Shown in pieces: positions 1 through 12,475 of a stretch of DNA of 64,000 bases. Position 1 is the first letter of the stretch. Every line of letters starts with the position of its first letter. The notes beneath the pieces are model-generated. The model worked only from the letters and a program-made list of their open reading frames with translations, was not told where the DNA came from and made no database searches. The position numbers and the translations under genes are program-made. Source of the DNA: Paraspadella gotoi (Eukaryota; Animalia; Chaetognatha); assembly GCA_051294375.1 (NCBI GenBank), contig CM119264.1, positions 14,167,323-14,231,322 on the forward strand, read 5' to 3'.

Positions 1-1955
1 GTGAGTCTGTTTCAGTCGTCTTGACCGATCAGTTCATTTCCAGCATGTGCGCGTTTAAGGTAGTCGTTTTAGTTATGTACGACTGCGAATGTATTAAATG
101 GTAATTTATTCTTTTTAATAATTTATATATTTAAAAATTATTTTTCTCTTCCATTCCTCGCGAGATAAAACACGAGTTCATTGCCCGGATATCGGGTCAT
201 CCTTCTTTTTAACGAGAAGCGAGACAAATGTCGTCGTGATAACTTTTGAGTTAACGAGACAAGAAAACCTTAAAGAATAAAGAGAATTCTCCTCCTCTAT
301 GAATTATGTCGAGGGATGTTAAGAGACAGTAATTAATTCCTTGGAAGCCATTCATGATGACTGATGAGGCAATTCTTGTTTAAATATTATAGCTAATATG
401 CGAAAGTAGATTCTTTACTCTTCGGGTGTCTATGATGGGATGATACGTCATGTTAGTCAATATATTGTTTAATTTTTTAACTTGAACGTGGTTTTTTTCT
501 AAATCTAAATCGTCGTTAACATGTATGTTAAGGCGTTGTGTGAGTAGCACGTGACAAGCTGAAGAATGAGTGTAATATTTCTTTGCTAAAAAGAGCCTAA
601 AGTTAATTTAGTGCGATTTTTCTCTTCACTCGAAAAAAGGTGAGACGCGAAGACGTCAAAACATCAAATATGAATTTTTATGAAAGGCGGTACTTTGTAA
701 ACGGAGAGAGAGAGAAAGAAAACTTTAGAAAAAAGTATTTTTAAAAGAAAGAAAGGTTGGATGGGAGGGAAAAGATAAAGAATTAAGAAGCAACGAATTA
801 AGAGGCGAATGAAGAGTTAAAGAGAGTGTGGGCGAGATAAAGGTGGTGAGAAATAAAAGGAAGATAAAATAATTTAATTTTCCAAAGAATGTTTTCCCAT
901 GGTAGATTCAGTTTCCACACATTCTTGCTACCATCATTCCCAGCACCTGTTCTAAATATTCTTTTTATTTTTTCTTCTTTTTTTTCCCCATTTTTTTCCT
1001 TCTAAAAAAGACGAAAAAAATTTATGAAAAAATCGCAAAGAAAAAAAAAGAGATTTGTTGTGTCACGATATTAATGCGATGGTAATAGAAATAAAAATAT
1101 ACTTTTAAACCATTTTAAACATGTTTCTTATTATTTTTCTTGAACTAAAATTTCAGTTTCAAGTTTTCTCTTTTCTTCTTTATCGCCATCCCCTTTTCCT
1201 TGATTTTTTTTCATTATTCATTTTTTTTCTTCACAGTTTATCTCCAGACTCACTTTTAATTTGTTTTTGTTTTCGTCTTTTTTAAAAATCCTCAACTTGA
1301 TAAATTTCTTCTTATCTTTTTCATCTCCATCTGTTTTTTCATTATCTCTCTCTTTTCTCGTTTTCCTCTCTTTCCATTTTTTACGTACGATTTACTTTTC
1401 ATATTTCTCCTCTTTCTCGTTTCCACCAATTCTATCAGTTAATGCCATTTTTGCTTCGTATCATAATTTTGATAATAACAAGATATAGATATGGATCTAA
1501 ATTAATCAATACAACTGGCTTTAAAGATAAGCTACGTTTAATACCAAACTAGGAAAAGCTTGAAGACACCGTTTACTTTGGCGTGGGAGACGCGAAAAAG
1601 TCAATGAGCGATGCGCAGCCAGAAATCAAAAGGGCGTCTGAGGGTTGAGAAAAAGACTCGAAAATAAGAAAATCAGGAGGCAAATAGTAAAAAAAGGACT
1701 TTTTCGCTATTATATTATTATATTATATGATATAATTTTTAGCGCAATTGAGGAATCTCAGCGAGAACTAGCAAGATGAAAGAATAATAAAGCGTAAAGG
1801 AAGAAGAAAGACCTGGTCTAAAATTGTAATTCAAAGTCATAGATATCGTGGTTAAGGTCCCTAATTTGTCCACAGAAGCCGCGGGAAAAAGACTGGCTAT
1901 TTCAGGTATATAAAGATATAATAATATAGTAATCTTTAATGCAAGATCTCGCGAT

Positions 1956-1989
<34 letters not shown>

Positions 1990-3039
1990 ACTCTGTTTCT
2001 CTCTCTTCTCGTCCAGATAAAATCCCCGGCCCTGGAGAAAAATGTTTGCCTGACCGAAAATGCACTCGACTTTTGGGGGGGGGGTGACGCTTCGATGAGA
2101 AAAGTCACTTTCCGGAGGAAAAGGAAACGAAGCTGACTGACCCTTCCTTTCCTCCCATTTTTCTTCTTTCCTTTCTCTTATGCGTTTCCTCCTCACTCTC
2201 TACTAACCGCATTACTCCACATCCTTTTCTCTTTTCCTCCATTTTTCTTCCATCTTAATTCACCGCCCTCACATTTACATTCACCGCCCTCACCGTAAAC
2301 TGACCAATTCCCTCCCAAAAATACTTCCCTTCTCCCACCTCCCATTTTCTGTTCCATCCTTTTTTTTTTCTCGAGAAACCCCAAGAAATCAGAAAATCAT
2401 TAATTACTGCCAGACCGGAAGCCGAGAGCCTCTTCCCTCGTGCGCATAGGCGGCCCCCCCCCTCATTTCTACGTCCCCCCCTAACCCAGCTTTTCCGCGC
2501 CCACCCCCCCCCATTCCGGAAAAAATAGAGAAACTGTATCTCGAGCTTGACCCATAATTTTGGTTGCGTCGAAGTCGTTAATGGGCAAAGGGCGAAGACT
2601 AATTACAGTTCGTTGGCCGTTGTGGGGGATTACGAATGGGTTTTGTTGGGGGAAGGATTGGGGACCGTTGGGGATTTGATGAGATGGTTGAGAGAATCGA
2701 AAGGTTCTAGCGGTTTTGGCGGGAAAGGATCGCGGTTGTTCGCTGAGCTGAACGTGGGCCTTCAAGGACTCGAGATTGCAATATATGCGACCAGGTCGGA
2801 GGGGGCTTAAAAAGTCGATAGTACGATTGTCATTCTGTCCGATTTTATAGGTCGTCGTCGTCGTCGTCGTCTTTGTCGCCAATACCGCTGCCATTTCTTG
2901 GAAGAATTCATCTGGTCAGTGGGCGAAGACTGAGGTAATGAGAAACAGAAATGAGGTGTCGGCGAAACTGGCCGACAAAGCCGATAATGCCTGGCGGGTT
3001 TTTGGAGGAATCTAGGCAAATGATGGAATAGCAGACAGG

Positions 3040-3870
3040 TTTTTAGTCGGATCTGCTTTCAGCAGATCCCGACTCTATAATTCACTTTGTCGGTCCGTCG
3101 GTCCGCACCCTCAATATTATCGGGCACTTACTTATATCATGTCAGAACATCGAATTATGATAAATTATGCAAAAAAAAAGATGTCCGTCCGTCTGTCTGT
3201 CTGTCTGTCTGTCCGTCCATCCGTCCATCCGTCCCACCTTAGCAAAAAACACCAATTACTCGTGATTGGATGGATGGATTCGAAAAATATTTTGTGTGTG
3301 GGTAGGGAAGTGTGTGATTGAGCTGTATATGAAGTTTCGAAGGAATCGTCCGAGTGGAAATGAGTTTAAATAGAAAAAATAAAAAACTAAATTTCACTAT
3401 TTGGACACCAATTACTCATGAGTGGATGGGGCGATTGACCTGAAATTTTGTATTTGGGTAGAAAAGTGTGTGATTAAACTGGAAATCAAGTTTCGATGGA
3501 ATTGTTTGTGTGGAAATGAGTTTAAATGGAAAAAACAAAGAACCTGTTTCACTCATTGATTATGCTTCTTTTTCTTTTTATTTTAAATGTAAGTGCAAGA
3601 TGTATTAATTAATCAAATAATTAATCAGTTAATTAATCAATTAGTCAATTAATTTATCAATAATTAATTAATCAGTTAATTAATCAATCAAAACAAATAT
3701 TTCTGATCAAATTAATTAATTAATTGCCTAATTAATTAAATAATTAACTTGAATAAATTAATTATTAATTAAATAATTAATTAACTTGAATTAATTATTA
3801 ATTAATTATTAATTAATTAATTACCGATAATGATCGTGGGCAGATCCGACATTGTTTGCTCAAACTTGTT
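3040..3870 (+). mobile_element. Non-autonomous Helentron-associated element (HINE / DINE-1-like)
   Basis: Starts in a T run. 5' subTIR GTCGGATCTGC (3046-3056) has an adjacent inverted copy GCAGATCCCGAC (3062-3073). (GTCY)n microsatellite at ~3183-3234, two ~156-bp central tandem units starting at 3250 and 3406, and an AT-rich TTAA array at 3604-3822. 3' subTIR GCAGATCCGAC (3840-3850) is followed by hairpin GTTTG-CT-CAAAC and TTGTT. This is the established DINE-1/HINE layout. Confidence 0.85.
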
Positions 3871-4101
3871 AAAGTAAAACCTGATCTGGCCTAAGAAAAT
3901 ATTTTTTTTTAGACTTGATAAGGTTCGAAACCCGATTATTTGTTTATACACACAAGAAATCTTATAAAAAATTTTAAACATTTTAAAATCTCTAAATAGT
4001 CAAAAGGCACGCCTCTGGAAAAAAATATACATATTTGATATTTTTAAATTTAAAACCGCATGGTGATTTAGATAGAGAGGGATACGAATCACGAAAATAG
4101 T

Positions 4102-4164
<63 letters not shown>

Positions 4165-4472
4165 CTTTGCTTATCGCCAGACGACGAAGATGTGCTGACG
4201 AAGCGGTGTCGGCGACGGTGAAAGAACCTCCCACTTATTCCTCTTCTCCATACTCTTCTCCACCCTCTCTTCCTTCCTCTCCATCATCTACTTCATCACC
4301 TTCTCCATCACCTTCTCCATCCTTCTCTCAATCCTCTTCATCTTAACGTTTTGAACGATAAACTCTTAAAAAAAAAAAGAGGTTAAAAGTAGAAGCATTT
4401 TGTTGTGGCCAAAAAGCTCAACTAACCTGGGAAAATAAGACGTTGAGCTTTTAACTGGATAAAAGGGCCGTT

Positions 4473-4511
<39 letters not shown>
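4473..4511. repeat. (GGCGTCGTC)n 9-mer tandem repeat
   Basis: About 4 perfect units read directly. Confidence 0.9.
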
Positions 4512-4530
<19 letters not shown>

Positions 4531-5040
4531 TCCCTGTCCCCGACGGATAAGTCTAGGTTAATTTTGGGCTTTGCACTGCTGCGAGACCGCCGCCGCCGCC
4601 GCCGCCGCCGCCGTCGTCGCCGCTGCCACTATTTCTGCCGCCCACTTGGTAGACGAGAATAGCGAGCTCTCTCCGTTGGGCTCTCGATTATTTTAAACGT
4701 AACGGTTCGGAAGTCCCGGGATCCCGTCCTGTTGTGAACTCAGGGCGGGAATTCAAATTTCCATCGGGACAGGAATTTACACGTTAGCCTGCGAATAAGT
4801 CAGAGACGTTCTGTCAACAACAACAACAACGAAAGCCTCAAGACCTTTGAGGTTTAAAAAAAAAAAACAGGAATAGAAACAAAGCCATTTGTAAAACAGA
4901 TAGTGCTCGAGAAAAGCTAAAAAAAAATATGCCGGTTTCATATTCTGTGGGCTATTTCTCACTGAAAACCAAAAATAGTCTTCTTTAGACTTTACTTCTT
5001 TCCTCAAAAAAGTATCTGACATGTCGGAACTAACATGTTC

Positions 5041-5083
<43 letters not shown>

Positions 5084-6030
5084 CTCTCCCTCTCTCTCTC
5101 TTCTCTCTCTCTCTCTCTGTGTCTCAGGAATGTTTAGTTGTTTACTACGTATATTACCCAATTATAGTCCCAGTATATAATGCTTTCAAGCCTTATATAA
5201 ACGAGCTCGCCAACACTGGCGAACAAAAAAAAAAGAAGTTGAGAGGCACCGAAGCAAAAATCCCATAAAACATGAGAAGAGTCTTCGCCAGTCATTGATA
5301 TGTATGCGTTAGTGAGAAACAACCGCTGGAATCGCCCACACATTTCATGTCAAACATTAATTCCATTTCAGAAGGGCAGAAAACGATAGGATAGATAGGA
5401 AGATAGTGAGAGAGATAGTGAGAGAGATAGTGAGAGAGAGAGAGGAAGAGATGAGAGAGAAGCACCGAGAAGAAGTAGAGAGAGAGAGAGAGACATTAAA
5501 GAAGTCGACTTGAAAAATTTTCGCGAACGTGTAGAGCAACCGACAGATTTTAAAACCGACAAATTCTGTGAAGTTTAAATTATCGACTCTTGACGAATCG
5601 GTTTGATTAAACTTGATCTTTATCTTTGAAATAAATCCCTTTCATTAGCAGTAAGCCGTCTTTCCAAAGAATCATCTCTTTGAGCCCTTATCCTTTTCTT
5701 TCTCGCTTCTCCGATAACTCATCTTACTTACGTCCCCAATCTTGCAACCAATCTTGCTTGCAAATCGGTATCGGGTGAGCAGCACATTCCCCGCTTTTTT
5801 CCCCAACCTCGTCTTTTCTTCTTTACCCCCGCTCACATTCGCTCCTTCTTTCCCCTTCCGACTCCCGACTGCCCCGCACGTGAATGAAGCCGCGTCTTAA
5901 TCCCTTTTCTTAATCCTGGTGATGAATTCTTTTTTCCTCCTCCTCTCCTCTTCTCCTCCTCAGCTTCTCTTGGGAGCAAAGAGGGGAAGAGAAAAAAAAA
6001 CATTCTCCTTATCTTTCCACTCAGTGCCGT

Positions 6031-6031
<1 letters not shown>

Positions 6032-6127
<96 letters not shown>

Positions 6128-6132
6128 CTCTC
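6032..6132. repeat. (CT)n microsatellite, representative of dozens of AG/CT tracts in the window
   Basis: Read directly. Similar tracts at ~4107-4161, 7988-8158, 8745-8857, 15205-15313, 17899-18004, 21182-21271, 21727-21833, 27934-28024, 60188-60284 and 61880-61950. They generate the SLSL/ERER ORFs in the track. Confidence 0.97.
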
Positions 6133-7986
6133 TGTGTTTCCTCTATCTTCTCTTCACTCCTCATTCTCTTTCTTTTTACTCACACTCTCCGATCTTTCTC
6201 TAGTCTATATAATTCACTCTTACTCATCACTCTCTCTCTGTTTCTATTTTTTTCTTTTTCTAATCTCTCTCTCTCTCTCTCTCCTCTTTTCTTCACGCCC
6301 ACAAAAAAATTAATGCAAATAGCCGCCGAGCCACATACGCAACAAGATTTATTCCTATTTTCCCCCCTCATTTTTAAAATTAAAAGAAATATATATTTTT
6401 ATTACTTTTTGCTGCAATTTCAATTCTCAATTAGATATCTTAAAGCCTCGTTCCTTCGAGCGACATTTGTTGGCCGATGTTCTTTTTTTTTATTCATAAT
6501 TTTTTCTTCCTATCCTTCCATTTGTATTTTTCAGTCATTCCCTTTTCTTTTTTTTAATTTGTGGCTTATAAAAACATTTTTTTGCTTCTGGTATATTTTA
6601 CGTTCTAATTTAAAACGTTGAGGCTTTTTCTTTTATTATTTTTTTTTATATAAGATTACTTGAAAGAATTTTGCTGGTTTCCAAATTGTTTCGGAAAAAT
6701 AAAAACATAAATAGAAAATTTAAAAAAAAATATTTTGCTTTTCAAACGTTTTTTCTATTTTACATATGTTACTCAAACGGTACGAAAAAAATTATAAAGA
6801 ACTCTAATAAGTCGCTGTTTATTATAAAGAAATCAAGTTGCTCCCTCCAGAAAAAAAACCCCAAGAAATCTTCCATTTGCGCTTCTGTTATGGATGCTTC
6901 CAAGGAGAAGCAGCGGAATAAAAAAAAAAAAAAAACCTTTTACAAGTTTCAGTCAAGTCGTAGAATTGCAAATTTTGCGGACGAATAAAACACCTGTCGA
7001 CAGTTTAAAGAGAAAAAGAGATAGGGAGAGAGAAGAAAAGAAAAAAAAAGATGAAAAAGGAAAACAAAGAAATAAGAAATTGGTTAACGAAGAGAAAAGG
7101 AAAAAAAGAGAGTGAAAGCCGAGTTGTTTAAATGTCGGGTCGTCACGTTTGCTTGGTTAGGGTTGTAAACTACGGTCTTTAATTTAAATAGATTTCTTTT
7201 GAAATCATGGCCCTTTGTATTTTGTTATTCCGTCATGAGGGTTTTTAATGAACTTATAAATAGATTGACGATTGAAAGTAAGACCAACCGTCAGTCTGGA
7301 GAATGGAGAAACCCGAGGAGAGATAAAATCTCTTTAAAGTTTAAACTGAGAACGGAATTACAGCCGCGCTGGAGATAGGTGATAATTAGGGGGTAAAGAG
7401 AGTAAAAGAAGAGTTGAGAGAAGAGATGACTGAAAGGATGAGCGTTCGCGCCCGGCGGGAGCTGAAAGACGGAAAAGGCGGGAAGAATAGGGGGGCGAAC
7501 ATGTGGAAACTTGAGAAGCGGCCTGCCCGGTTGTGAGGGGCACCTTTGAACGCGGCTCCGCTAAAGTTAAGCGGCGACAAGGCCATCTCCAAAATTTGCA
7601 ATTTAAATATAAAGAAAACCCTACGCATATCCTCTCTCTTTTTTGCAAGAACAGTTTTTTTCTTCTTCTGCAACGGAAGAAGATCATTTTTATCTGTCAA
7701 GTTTGTTTTTCCTCGTTCAAAATGTCGTAATCCTGCCATCTAGTTTTCATTCAAATCCAGATGTTTAATTTAATTTTTTTAACCTTTCCCTTCATTTTAT
7801 TTTAATTGGAAAAAAGAAACTTTTTAAAAGGGACTGTTTTTTTTCGAAGAGGCACCATTTTTGACTTCTATTCTTATTTATATAGAAAAGCTATTTTTCT
7901 CAAGTGCTGCCATCTTCGTTTTTTCATCGACGCCATCTTTTGCTAAAACATCGCCACCTGAGGATCGTTTGACCTTGTAGCAGCGA

Positions 7987-8151
<165 letters not shown>

Positions 8152-8739
8152 AAGAGAGAATCTAATGGGGGATTTACCCTCAAGCTTGGTGCGCTCACTC
8201 TCTCAATTCTGTCTGTCTTTCTCTTTCTGTCTCTTTCTGTCTCTATTTCTCTATCTATAACTCTATCTCTTTCCATTTGCCTATTTGCGTCTTTGTTGAC
8301 CGAGACATTATTTTTATGCTTTCTTCCTTATTGTAAAAAGGAACGAGAGTCAGCTCTTTCTCCCTACGATGCTTCGTCAGGCTTTTTCTTGTTACGTTCG
8401 CTTTTTAAGTTTTACGGCGATGAAATATTGCAACCGGTTCAAAAGGGGAAGGAACGATAAAACTTAGAGAATTAATATTTTTAAAAGAATCACTTCGGCA
8501 CTTCTGTTATAGTGAAGCATTTATCACGTAACTAAATCTCTCCAGTTTCCAACTCAAAATTGTTTATTCAATTTCCGACAGACTTTGTTCCGCTTTTCTC
8601 TCCCGAAATACTTTTTCATAACTTCCTCCTACAATAACTGTACCGAACTCTACAATTTAAGACCGCCGTAACTTTTTCTCACGTTTTCCCCGAGTCCATA
8701 GGCTTTGACCGCCTACGCAGAGTTCTCACATCTTCCTTC

Positions 8740-8861
<122 letters not shown>

Positions 8862-9514
8862 TCCCGAATCCAATCCAGACGTTTTATTTCTTCCTCGCAT
8901 CCGGTGGATGATTTATGCTGTCCACTCAACCAAATTTCCCGCCCATCAGACCTCTTAAATCCGAGAGTCAGAGAACAATTTTCTTTGAATATAAGAAGAT
9001 CTTAACTTATATCGTTGATAAGGTTGAATTATCTTTAATACTCGCAATTCTGTAAGCGAAAGATGGTGGTTATAAGTTGTAGTTATTCCACTGGTATATG
9101 AAATTGAAATTTAAACTTCTACTATTTGTACTTACTGAAGAAAGGACATTATTTGAAAATTTAAACAATTTTTTTAACACATTCCAAAAAAAGAGTTAGA
9201 AATTTAGGCAATAACAAGTTTTTATCGACAACAATTTTTCGTTCTATTTTCTCTCTCCTCTACCGTCTTTCCCTCTTTAATGCTTCCCTTTTATAACCTA
9301 AAAACAGCCATGATCCTGTTTTTTACTGTTTCTTTTTGTTTCCTTTTGGCAAATTTTCTCGTCGCCCCATCTTTATTTCCTCCCTTTCTGGTTCTCATTC
9401 CGTTTTTGCGCCCTTTATTTATCCATTTATCTTTTTTTCTTTGTTCGCCCTTTTTTTTTCCCTTTCTTTTAACTCTCCGCCTTCTTTCCTTTCCTCCCTC
9501 AACCTGGTTCTCTT

Positions 9515-9568
9515 TCCTCTGGGTCTTCCTCTGGGTCCTCCTCCTCTGGGTCTTCCTCTGGGTCTTCA
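9515..9568. repeat. 12-bp tandem repeat (CCTCTGGGTCTT)n
   Basis: About 4 near-identical units read directly. Confidence 0.85.
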
Positions 9569-9998
9569 CCTTATTTTATTCGCATCGTTTTTATTCTCTT
9601 AACTGAACTTCTCTCGTTATAACCTCTCTCACATTTTCACTCTATCCTTTTAGCCTCCATTTTCTAATCTTTCCTTTTAGCGTTCCTCCTTTTCCTTTTC
9701 TTACCTTTGCTTTCCTCCTTTTCATCCTTAACGTCCACTTCTCTATCTTTTCCTTCACCATCCAACACCCTCTTCTTTTCCTTTCCGCTCCAGACTCCAT
9801 TTCTTCTTCCTCCACTGATCCGTTTGTTGCACCTGAGGCTTAGATTATTTATGGCGGCGTTTTTGCCACTTCTTCCATCTTGCCACTTAGAGGAGGTAAC
9901 CCTTATTAGATCCATACTTTCCGCCGCCACTTTCTTTCCGCTTTTTTCCGATGCGTAGTAAGTTCGTTTTAAATCTTTTCATGTACATAAAAACTTAA

Positions 9999-10873
9999 GG
10001 GGACCAAGTGAACAGGGGGGGTCAAAAGCTGAAAACATAACGTTTGACCCTTTAACTTAAACTGGTTCTGACCATATCATTTTTTCATTTATATCATTTG
10101 GGAAAGTAGTTAAAAAATTCGATAAAATCAGCGAGCTTAATTTTCTTTAAAAAATCGGTAAGAAGAAAATCTTTTCTCAAATTTTAAATTTTTTTTTCCA
10201 AAAAAGGGTAAGATCTAATTTTAAAAAAGATTTTTAGCTTTTATCACAAAAATTTATAAGAAAAAAAACTAGGAATGAATCAAAATTTAAGGTATCGACT
10301 GATTTATTTAAACTTTCTTTTCAATAATTCTGTGGATGATAAAATAAAACTCTTTGAAGTAATATAAATATAAAAAGAAGAGAAAGATTCTGTACTTTTG
10401 CTAAATTTTTAAATTATATAATTAGGAATAATATAGTTTAATAATATATTTAAGGGATGAATATGAATATTAATTAATAATTATTACAATTTTGTTTCTG
10501 TAAGAATAGAATTTAGGTTTGATTTGTCTGCTTTTAAATAAATATAAAAAATAAAAAAATATTAGTTTGTAAAGCCTTTGTTCAATGAGGCTTAAAACCT
10601 AAAATTGTTGCTTTGTACAATAAAAAATAAAATTTGGAATTTAGTAAAAAATATTTTCTAATGGAAAAATAAAATAATGGATTATATAAATATTTAGGTG
10701 AGGAGTCTAAATGTTTTTTTCATAATTATTAAATTTTTGTTTCCGCTACAATAAGAGATAAAATTTTTTTGCTACTTTCCCGTGCAAAGAAAAATTAATG
10801 ACTATCACCATTCAAATTCCTTTGATGATAGACCCTTAAGCTTAGAATATCATGTTTTATGCACTGGGTCCCC
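9999..10873. mobile_element. Non-autonomous DNA transposon (MITE) with TTAA target site, Kolobok-like termini
   Basis: TTAA (9995-9998) precedes GGGGACCAAGTG. CACTGGGTCCCC precedes TTAA (10874-10877). The 12-bp TIR has one mismatch and the interior is AT-rich and non-coding. TTAA TSD with purine-purine 5' ends fits Kolobok rather than piggyBac (CCY). Confidence 0.8.
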
Positions 10874-11097
10874 TTAAAAGGTTTTTTAACATTAACTTTT
10901 AACTTTCTACCGTGAATAGCGATCGTAATTATCTTGTAAATTGTAAAAATAAAAATAATTCCACCAGGAAATATTTCCTTTTGAAAACAATTGCTTGAAT
11001 TGATAACAAAATGGAGAATATTAAACAAAATTCTATTATTGCGCTTTCCCTTGAATGAATTCTTTAAATAAATTTCTCTATCTACATACGGTTCTTT

Positions 11098-11342
11098 TAT
11101 GGAGGACGTTTTAGGTCACGTGGGTCGTCTCTGGCCACCGTGGTAACTATTGGTTGATTAGCCAGTGACCTTACACTGAAGACTTTCGGCTACTATAAAA
11201 GCCGACAAGCACACGTCGTTCAACACAACTCGAAATCTCTTTAATACTTTCTCGTTCGCCGTAATAATTGTTTATTACTGTTAATGTCAAACTCCTTGTA
11301 CGTTTCTCAATTAATCACGTCGCCACAATGGTGAGCCCGACG
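11098..11342 (+). mobile_element. 5' LTR of an LTR retrotransposon (probably Gypsy) plus primer-binding site; internal region lost
   Basis: Ends CGTCGCCACA (11318-11327) with a degenerate inverted start TATGGAGGACG (11098). Internal TATAAAA at 11194-11200. One base after the LTR end is TGGTGAGCCCGACG (11329-11342), 13/14 identical to the tRNA-Trp PBS TGGTGACCCCGACG. Confidence 0.75.
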
Positions 11343-11600
11343 ATACGAATAAATCACGCAACCTTCCCCAAATTAATAGAATATCACCTCCACTCAGAGT
11401 CATTTGTCGGGTTTATTAATGACTAATGTTCCACTAATTTCATTTTGCTCTACTTCCGGTTCGTCTAATTTCGCGCCTCATCGATCTCATTCTCTCATTT
11501 TTGACTTTCCTCCTTTCTCTTCGCCCAAAATCTCACTACGAATCTCACCACATCTTAATTTCAAGTTTCACGCTTTGGCTTGCTGCTCAGTCTGCGCAAT

Positions 11601-11647
<47 letters not shown>

Positions 11648-12039
11648 CGATGGCTTGATGTTGATTTGATTGATTGAATTATTTATCAAGCTTCCGCCCG
11701 TTTGAGCCTGGCGACTTCCAGCCCATTTATTTGATTTGTTTCATTTGTTTAAAGTTATTCGCCAATGAGGGAAGGGAGTCAGCCTCGAAGAATGTTGGAT
11801 ACAGCGTTTCATACTATGAATTAAAAAGTTTCTCACTTTCTAAATAAAGAATAAAGTAAAAATGTAACGATTTATTCTCATTAATTAATATTCATGTTTC
11901 ACGCTTCAGTGCGTTTTTCATGACAGGAAAAGGACAACGATGAATATAAACGATTAATCAGAAAAAGACAATTCCTTCCTTTTCTTTTTAAACTCTTGAT
12001 AAATTAGTGGATATATAACTTTTCCTTTTTTTTTCACAG

Positions 12040-12475
12040 GAATTTCGCACCATTCTTTAAGCAGAACGTTTAGCAAACCCAATAAAATTTAACGACAAAA
12101 ACATAAATACATCCAAACAGAAAACATCTCTTTAGACTTCGCGGTCAAAGTGGAGAAAAAGCGAAAGAAAAGGGCAGTAAAGCAGAATTAAAGCAGAAAT
12201 AAAGCGGTCTTAAGAATCGATTAGTCCTTTCGTCGCCATCTTCCAAAAGCCGCAGCTCATCCGAGCGGCATGCTCGCTTTCTTATCGCGGCTCGACCGCC
12301 TAGCGTCAGACGGGCAGGTAATTAAAGAAACTGCGACACTGCCCCGGCTGCGACGCACGCCGAAGCATCTGCCGAAGCATCTGTCGAAGCATCTGCAGAG
12401 AGACTGAGAATGTTGCTTATAAATATTTAAATAATAATAACGATAAACGATGCTAATTATAAACATATAACGAAA
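12040..12475 (+). other. 5' UTR portion of the first coding exon of the Ig-superfamily gene
   Basis: Lies between the polypyrimidine/CAG acceptor (12039) and the first ATG of the long ORF (12476). Confidence 0.6.
12270..12407 (+). promoter_or_regulatory. Upstream ORF (45 aa) in the putative 5' UTR
   Basis: Hand translation MLAFLSRLDRLASDGQVIKETATLPRLRRTPKHLPKHLSKHLQRD*. Contains a 12-bp repeat x3 (YCGAAGCATCTG). Translation is not shown. Confidence 0.35.
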
